Shown piece by piece: positions 58,047 to 64,000 of a stretch of DNA of 64,000 nt; the stretch's first letter is position 1, and the number at the start of each line of letters is the position of its first letter. Made by a program: the position numbers and the translations under genes. The stretch comes from Candidatus Omnitrophota bacterium (GTDB lineage Bacteria > Omnitrophota > Gorgyraeia > Zapsychrales > Fredricksoniimonadaceae), in NCBI GenBank assembly GCA_903901225.1, contig CAIUQE010000049.1, positions 5,003 through 69,002 on the forward strand, given 5' to 3'. The notes under the pieces are model-generated. The model did not search any database. It saw nothing but the letters and a program-made list of their open reading frames with translations, and was not told where the DNA came from.

Positions 58047-58139
58047 TTTGTGGCACACGTTTTGTATATTAATCCTGGGGCAGAATGTTTGGGAGTTGAA
58101 TATTTTACGGCAGTTCTCAAGAAAGAAGCCGTAAGGTGA
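58047..58139 (+). pseudogene. Remnant of the 5' end of a B12-binding radical SAM gene (about 30 codons: FVAHVLYINPGAECLGVEYFTAVLKKEAVR*)
   Basis: It is homologous to the N-termini of ORFs 62176 (MSRVLFVSNPYENLGIEYMSSVLRRSGHQV) and 47927 (MLKIGFFCPGYESLGIEFLSASLCRQGF). It sits in the position that the intact paralog occupies after the second rSAM/SPASM gene. The same frame continues to 58310 with weak similarity to a B12-rSAM C-terminus (...RLFK...). Confidence 0.5.
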
Positions 58140-58422
58140 CAATTCTTTTGGATGCTGATTTTTAGTCATTCGTTTATGTATAGGCGTGGCGTCAGGATAA
58201 TGCGTTATTGCTGGCTAATACGGCTATTTAAGAGAAGTCGGATCTTATTTGTTACCCCTTCTTGTCTGACCATTGTGGTTGGTCATCTTCCGACATTGTG
58301 GACACAATGAGTCGATTTGCTTTTGCATAAAATGAAGAATTAAAAAGAAACGGGAATTATTGTTTTTTGCGCAAAGTGAAATATTAACCGCAGTGTATGA
58401 AATGAAAAATTACTAAAATTTT

Positions 58423-59740
58423 ATGTTTTTATCAAAGTCATTAAAAAATTGCGTACAAATTCTTTTTATCTTTTTTGTTGGAGTTATTGCCGCTCTATTT
58501 TTATTAGAGATTGGTTTACGATTATGGAGTTTTACATATCAAAAGAGTCGGCGAGTTCCTGTGCATCAGGGTGTAGACATGCACATTGAAAAGCCGTATA
58601 TAATACTTTGTTTGGGAAATTCTTATACTGTTGGCGTTGGGGCACCTTTGAACAAAAGTTATCCTTCTCAGTTGCAACAGTTATTGAATAACCGGATAAA
58701 GGGTAGAGGCATTCTTGTTATAAATAAGGGGGTTGTTGCACAAAATACTGCAGAACTATTGATCGACTTGAAGTTGATTATTCTTGAATATCATCCAGAT
58801 CTTGTAATTCTTCAATCTGGCCAAGCTAATCAGTTTAATAATTTAAAATATACAAATTATTTGAGGAGAAAAGAAAAAAGCCTATCTTTTTGGAATGCGA
58901 TCAATTATTTTTGTTTGGAATTTTTCCATGAAAGTCGTGTTTATAAATTAATTAGAATTTTTAATTATGACAAAAAATTGCGCGTAGCGTCTGTTGGTTC
59001 TTCATATCAACAAAATGAGAAATATTTAAATGCAGTGGCATTTATTGATACTTTATTAGATCGGGTCGCGTTTTCATATACGGATCAACTGAAGATTCAA
59101 GAAGCGCATAAAATATTTAAAGATGGGATTTTAAAAGAACCTGGAAACCCGCAGAATTATGCTGAAATTGCTTTTATTTATGGGATTCAAGGGGACTATG
59201 GCAAATCTTTTTACTGGCATAATATGGCACTTAATGTTGCGCGAGCGTCTCATTCAAGGGATTGGATAATTGGAGAATCACGGTGGATCCGAAATATTAA
59301 AAAATGCTCACGTTTATATGTTTTCAATCCAATTTTTAAACATTTAGACAATTCTATTTGTAACTATATTTTTAGCGATCTTAAAAGGCCGGATAAAGAT
59401 TTCTTGCTTGTTCCTTTAGAAGATATCGAAATTATTCAATGGATTGAATTTGATCTTAAGGAAATTATTGGAATTCTTGAAGATAGACATATTAAATTGA
59501 TTATTCAGGATTATCCTGTATTTGATAATGTAAATGTTGTTTTATCAAATATCGCTAATGAATTTCACTTGCCATTTGTAAATAATTATAAAATTTTTCA
59601 AGCAAAATTGCAGAAGGTGTGCCTGTAAATAATTTATTTGTTCATGATAAACATTGCAATGCTGAGGGTTATGGCCTTATGGCTAGAAATGTACTTGATA
59701 AGATTGCAGCTGAAGGGTTCCTTAAAAGTCATATTAATTG
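58423..59740 (+). pseudogene. SGNH-like protein paralog B. It is disrupted by a -1 frameshift in a T5 run near 59596-59600; the C-terminal ~45 codons continue in another frame to the TGA at 59738-59740.
   Basis: The six-frame ORF ends ...NNYKIFQAKLQKVCL* at 59628. The shifted frame reads ...SSKIAEGVPVNNLFVHDKHCNAEGYGLMARNVLDKIAAEGFLKSHIN*, matching paralog A (...IAQGIAEEELFVPDNHCSAKGYGVIAENLFNKIMEEGFLK). Confidence 0.6.
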
Positions 59741-59859
59741 ATTTTTTTGTTATCGCAAAAATATTTTTTCAGAGTGGGTTCTTTTTATTGATTATATAAA
59801 ATTTTTTTTGCATCTACTGGATATTGCATGAGAAATTATATAATTGCTGGTAACACGCG

Positions 59860-61146
59860 ATGAATATGGTAAGAAGAATTTTTGTATTTTTTGCTGGAGT
59901 TTTTTTAGCTCTTTTCTTGTTGGAGGTCGGGCTAAGATTGACGGGGTTTATTGTTCAGCACAAGGCAAATATTTGCAACATGCGTGTAGGTAAGAACATC
60001 AGCAATCCGTATGTTGTATTGTGTTTGGGAAATTCGTATACCAAGGGAACTGGAGCGCCGCCGGAGATGAGTTATCCGGCGCAACTGCAGCGCATGTTCA
60101 TTGAGAAATTTAGGCTTTCAAACATTCTTGTAATTAATAATGGGATTGGGGGGCAAAATTCAACAGAATTATTAAGAGAGTTACCGGAGAATATAAGAAA
60201 ATTTAATCCCAAGCTTATTGTTCTTCAGACGGGTCAGGTTAATAAATGGGATCATTCGGGCTTTACTGATTATTTAAAAAGAAAAAATAAACAACAATCA
60301 TTTGCAAGGTTGATTGCTTATCGTTTATCCGAATATATTTATCAATGCCGTGTTTATAAACTTTTTATTTTATTTTGTAGCCAGATAACTACTAAGTTCA
60401 ATCATCCTGCGGCATCTTTAAGCTATCGATCGGGAAAGGAGTATATTAAAGCTAAGGAATTCGCAGATCATGCATTAGCCAATTTATTATTGAAAAATTC
60501 TATAAAGATGGATCAATTAGAAGCTCAGAAAGCGCTTGATATATTTACTAATGCGATGAAGGTTGATCCAGCGTTTTCTGATAATTACATATCGGCGGGC
60601 ATTATTTATAGATTGCAATCTAATTATGCAGAAGCATTGGAGTGTTTCTTTAAAGGCGTAAGTATTGGATTGCCAAATGATCATTATAAAATTTACGGGT
60701 ATCAACAGATCCGGGATATTAGAATGATTTTTAAGGGGAAAAACAATTCTGAGATAAATAAGAAAATAGAAATTTTCATTTCAAAATACAATCGGGAGAA
60801 TCTTAATGAGGATTTTAATCTATTTTTTTTAAGTGATAGTGATGTTTCTGAATGGGTAGAATCAGATATCCGAGAAATTGTCAAAATTATTAGACGGGAT
60901 AGAATTGGATTAATTTTGCATGATTACCCTTTGTGGGATATAGAGAACGCGACTTTGTTGGCTATTGCAGATGAGTTAAGAGTGCCTTTTGTTAGTAATT
61001 TCAAGGTATTTCAAGAGAAAATCTCTCTGGGGATGGCAGAAGAGAGTTTGTTTGTATTGGATGGACATTGCAATGGAAGAGGGTATGGATTAATGGCGGC
61101 GAATGTATTTAATGAAATTGTCAGAGAATACTACTATGAGAAATAA
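59860..61146 (+). CDS. SGNH-like protein paralog C
   Basis: MVRRIFVFFAGVFLALFLLEVGLRLTGF...VLCLGNSYTKGTGAPPEMSYPAQLQRMF...LDGHCNGRGYGLMAANVFNEI. Confidence 0.65.
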   Translation: MNMVRRIFVFFAGVFLALFLLEVGLRLTGFIVQHKANICNMRVGKNISNPYVVLCLGNSYTKGTGAPPEMSYPAQLQRMFIEKFRLSNILVINNGIGGQNSTELLRELPENIRKFNPKLIVLQTGQVNKWDHSGFTDYLKRKNKQQSFARLIAYRLSEYIYQCRVYKLFILFCSQITTKFNHPAASLSYRSGKEYIKAKEFADHALANLLLKNSIKMDQLEAQKALDIFTNAMKVDPAFSDNYISAGIIYRLQSNYAEALECFFKGVSIGLPNDHYKIYGYQQIRDIRMIFKGKNNSEINKKIEIFISKYNRENLNEDFNLFFLSDSDVSEWVESDIREIVKIIRRDRIGLILHDYPLWDIENATLLAIADELRVPFVSNFKVFQEKISLGMAEESLFVLDGHCNGRGYGLMAANVFNEIVREYYYEK

Positions 61147-62161
61147 ATTTAAGTTATTTCTAAATTTTTTATATTTATTTGGATTTATATTCAGGATCAT
61201 CCGGTGGAAATCATTGTCCAGGTTCTTTCTGTTCTTTCTCAAACACAGCATATTCAGGCATAAAATACCTGGCTTTGCGATCTTGGCACTCACTTATAAA
61301 TGTCAAAGTCGTTGTGTCCATTGTTCAGCAGGGCTGTTGAAATCCAAAAGAAGTGAACTGGATACTGAGCAATGGAAACGAGTACTTAATGATTTGACAG
61401 CCATGGGGGTTCCTCGGTTGCATCTTAGCGGAGGGGAGCCGTTGCTGAAAGACGGGATTGAAGAGATCGTTAGGTATGCTTCTTCCATGGGGATGGTTGT
61501 TTTTCTTGAGACCAATGGTTATCTTCTGGATGAAAGTACTTTGTGGCGACTCAAGAAGGCAGGGGTCAGCAGTATTGACATAAGCCTGGATAGCGTTGAA
61601 CCTGAGGTTCATGACAGATTGCGGGGTTTGAAAGGTTCGTTTGTTAAGGCGATCGAAGCGCTAAAGTTATGCAGCAAATTGAATATCCCGTGCATGATCT
61701 CTACCTATGTGACGCATGAAAGAATATTGTCGGGTGATATTCAAAAACTTTTTTTATTGGGTAAACAGCTCAACGCATCAGTTATAAGGATATTATTGCC
61801 TCAGCCATCCGGAAGATGGTTGATTGACCCGCCGGCAAAGTTGGACCGTGCTGATAAGATGCGGTTGCGGAGCAGTTTTATTAATTTTCCTGTATTAGAT
61901 CGGACAGATACCCCGATTTGTCCTGTAAAGAGAAGATATGCGATCTTTATCGGCCCTGATGGTGAAATGGGTTTTTGTTCGCATGTGCCGGTTTCTTTTG
62001 GGAGTGTTCTTGACGAAAGTATTGAACATATTCTCGATAGAATGGGGAATAGCCCATTATTCAGTGATAATCTGGGTTGTTATGTTAGCAACTCCGACTT
62101 TAGGTCAAAATATATTCTTCCCGCCCTTGAGTCCGGTAAAGACTTTCCGGTAAGATTTTAG
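61136..62161 (+). CDS. Radical SAM / SPASM-domain protein (paralog of 56920), with a hydrophobic N-terminal extension
   Basis: LTYKCQSRCVHCSAG rSAM motif. C-terminal Cys-rich ...GEMGFCSHVP... region. The start was chosen at ATG 61136, which overlaps the upstream stop (an alternative is 61103). Confidence 0.75.
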   Translation: MRNKFKLFLNFLYLFGFIFRIIRWKSLSRFFLFFLKHSIFRHKIPGFAILALTYKCQSRCVHCSAGLLKSKRSELDTEQWKRVLNDLTAMGVPRLHLSGGEPLLKDGIEEIVRYASSMGMVVFLETNGYLLDESTLWRLKKAGVSSIDISLDSVEPEVHDRLRGLKGSFVKAIEALKLCSKLNIPCMISTYVTHERILSGDIQKLFLLGKQLNASVIRILLPQPSGRWLIDPPAKLDRADKMRLRSSFINFPVLDRTDTPICPVKRRYAIFIGPDGEMGFCSHVPVSFGSVLDESIEHILDRMGNSPLFSDNLGCYVSNSDFRSKYILPALESGKDFPVRF

Positions 62162-62175
62162 TCAGGCATCATATT

Positions 62176-63714
62176 ATGAGCAGGGTTCTATTTGTCAGTA
62201 ATCCTTATGAAAACCTTGGCATAGAATATATGTCGAGTGTTTTACGCCGCTCCGGGCATCAGGTTGCCCTCGTCATTGACCCTTCCCTTTTTTTAAATCC
62301 GTATCATTCCAATAGGGTGTTAAATAAGCTCTTTTGTTGTACTGATGTTATTTTGAAAAAAGTTGAAGATTTTTCACCGGATATGATCTGTTTTTCTGTT
62401 GTAACGGATACGTATCAGTGGGCGTTAGGTTTGGCTAAATCCATAAAAATCAGGTTCGATATACCTGTTGTTTTTGGAGGGATTCATGCGACCGTGGTCC
62501 CTGAATTGCTCCTTGCTGAAAGTTGCATTGATTATGTTTGTGTAGGCGAGGGGGAACTGGCTGTCCTGGATCTTGCTGACAGGATTTCAAAAAAGGACGA
62601 TTGTCAGAGTATTTCTAATATTTGGACCAGAGGTCTCGAAGGTATTGTTCGGAATCCGCCCAGGCCTGTTATTGATGATCTCGACATCCTTCCATTTCCG
62701 GATAAAGGTATCTATTATTCAGAGAACAACGTTTACAAGGATGAATATTTTATAATGACTGGAAGAGGGTGTCAGTATTCTTGCTCATTCTGTTGTAATC
62801 AAATATTGATCAAACAGTATGGTATGAATTATGTGCGCAGGCGTTCTGTAGACAATGTGATCCAGGAACTTCTCTGGGCGAAGAAAAAGTACCCCTTTAA
62901 GTTTGTGTGGTTTATGGATGACAACTTTTGTTTCAGCATCGACTGGATCAAAGAATTCGGTCGCGCGTATAAAAACCACATTGCTCTCCCCTTTTTTTGT
63001 TACGCACATCCTAATAACATGTCCATGGAAGTGGCGGCATTACTTAAAGATGCAGGTTGCTCAGAAGTTGCCATCGGTGTGGAGAGCCTGAACGCCGACA
63101 CGTGTAAATTTGTTGACAGGGTTTCCGAAAAGAAGATTGTTGCCTGCGCTATCCGTGCGCTGCGTTTTCATGGGATCAGCTCTATAACAGAAAATATCCT
63201 GGGGTTTCCCGGCGAAGGAGAGGAGGATCTGATACGTCTTGTAGAATTTTACAGCGTAGAAAGGCCGGATCTCGTGGTATTTAGCTGGCTGAAGATATTC
63301 CCCGGAACAAGGATATTGAAAGTTCTTAGTGATAATGGAGCCATAAGTTGTGAGCAATTGAAAGATATCTCCGAAGGAAACGATAAGTCTTTGGCTTTAG
63401 GCGGCAATTGTACGGATGGAAAGATATTTCGAACGGCGGCGTGCCTGCTTGTCCTTGTCCCTTTTTTGCCAAGAAAATTTGTTGTATTTTTGGTCAATAC
63501 ACGGCTATTTAAATTGTTGGGTGTGTTAAGCCCTGTCGTATTATTGCGTGTGCTAAGAATATTTAAGAGTTTTTTTATAATCATAGGGAAGACACATGAT
63601 TCCGGCTTGAGGGTGAATTTAAGGATTTATAAATATTATACTTTTAGGATCATAAAAATAAAATGCGTACGAACAATACGTACCTGGTTTGGCATGTTCG
63701 GAGCGGTTAGATGA
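62176..63714 (+). CDS. B12-binding domain radical SAM protein (paralog of 47927)
   Basis: MSRVLFVSNPYENLGIEYMSSVLRRSGHQV...GGIHATVVPE B12-binding-like segment. rSAM motif TGRGCQYSCSFCCNQ. Confidence 0.8.
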   Translation: MSRVLFVSNPYENLGIEYMSSVLRRSGHQVALVIDPSLFLNPYHSNRVLNKLFCCTDVILKKVEDFSPDMICFSVVTDTYQWALGLAKSIKIRFDIPVVFGGIHATVVPELLLAESCIDYVCVGEGELAVLDLADRISKKDDCQSISNIWTRGLEGIVRNPPRPVIDDLDILPFPDKGIYYSENNVYKDEYFIMTGRGCQYSCSFCCNQILIKQYGMNYVRRRSVDNVIQELLWAKKKYPFKFVWFMDDNFCFSIDWIKEFGRAYKNHIALPFFCYAHPNNMSMEVAALLKDAGCSEVAIGVESLNADTCKFVDRVSEKKIVACAIRALRFHGISSITENILGFPGEGEEDLIRLVEFYSVERPDLVVFSWLKIFPGTRILKVLSDNGAISCEQLKDISEGNDKSLALGGNCTDGKIFRTAACLLVLVPFLPRKFVVFLVNTRLFKLLGVLSPVVLLRVLRIFKSFFIIIGKTHDSGLRVNLRIYKYYTFRIIKIKCVRTIRTWFGMFGAVR

Positions 63715-63720
63715 TGCCAC

Positions 63721-64000
63721 ATGATTGAAGTAGTCCCTTTGACCGATGTGCAGGATGCATGTTATCCGGATTTGGACAGCAGTCATCTCCCGTACTGTTA
63801 TGAAAAATCCTGGATTAATATGTTTCGACAGGTTTTTCCTTATGAACTGAAAGGTTATGGACTTCGTGTTCATGGCGAGCTTATAGGATCTTTCATTTAT
63901 GTTGTGATGAAGTCACGGTTCTGGGGGAATCGGATCATTTCTTTGCCTTTCAGCGATGAAGGAGGGATCGTGCTTCGCGACTTTGGTAAGTTGACACCTT
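63721..64000 (+). CDS. FemAB-like / GNAT-fold acyl- or aminoacyl-transferase (exosortase-locus FemAB-related type), 3' end beyond the window
   Basis: The open frame from ATG 63721 reads MIEVVPLTDVQDACYPDLDSSHLPYCYEKSWINMFRQVFPYELKGYGLRVHGELIGSFIYVVMKSRFWGNRIISLPFSDEGGIV.... The ...ISLPFSD.GG motif is typical of the FemAB-related family. Confidence 0.4.
   Translation, partial: MIEVVPLTDVQDACYPDLDSSHLPYCYEKSWINMFRQVFPYELKGYGLRVHGELIGSFIYVVMKSRFWGNRIISLPFSDEGGIVLRDFGKLTP

Overview
64-kb window from an unclassified bacterium. It is densely coded, and all but two genes lie on the + strand. No rRNA, tRNA, CRISPR array, integrase or transposase was seen. Composition estimated by eye separates three zones, described below.

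Zone 1 (1-12.7 kb and 30-44 kb) is a GC-rich housekeeping core. Its genes are:
- an RND heavy-metal efflux pump (5' partial);
- an SplB-like radical SAM (rSAM) enzyme;
- two XRE-type HTH genes;
- an RlmD-like RNA methyltransferase;
- an MBL hydrolase and a thioredoxin-like protein;
- Nramp/MntH, UspA and SerS;
- an HTH-REC response regulator and an RsmB/F-like methyltransferase;
- a PEBP protein;
- ThiC, a BioB-like rSAM, TrxB, UbiE/MenG and MenF;
- an HD-GYP response regulator;
- GltA, PepA, FumC and a PilZ protein.

Zone 2 (12.75-30.04 kb) is a head-to-tail array of five very large paralogous genes of 704, 1263, 1511, 985 and 1024 aa. Each has a signal peptide, a shared ~330-aa N-terminal domain of unrecognised family, and a shared ~60-aa C-terminal tail (GGIDL...DPAM...PVI...I.P). 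Between these sits a completely different central 'cargo' region in each gene. Two cargos carry recognisable nucleotide-directed catalytic motifs:
- paralog 3 has a class-I SAM methyltransferase-like segment, an HD domain, and a CDA-like deaminase (HAE...PCxxC);
- paralog 5 has an HD-like segment and a HAD-like phosphatase motif (DxDxT).
No small downstream immunity-like ORFs are present. The array looks like an undescribed cassette system of secreted or surface enzymes or effectors, and is the most notable content of the window.

Zone 3 (44-64 kb) is an AT-rich cell-envelope glycan modification island. Its genes are:
- a GT-C (ArnT/PMT-like) transferase and two GT2 polyprenol-phosphate sugar transferases;
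- a polysaccharide deacetylase and an FAD oxidoreductase;
- a family of TM-anchored SGNH/GDSL-like proteins (three close paralogs and a more distant member);
- three B12-binding radical SAM proteins;
- two radical SAM/SPASM proteins;
- a polytopic membrane protein;
- a FemAB-like gene (3' partial at the window end).
The island shows signs of modular duplication and decay: a B12-rSAM remnant, a frameshifted SGNH paralog, and a G10 homopolymer inside a GT2 gene.

A small palindromic repeat family (GCGTAGGGG followed by a hairpin) occurs at least four times. Two copies lie in-frame inside the giant paralogs.
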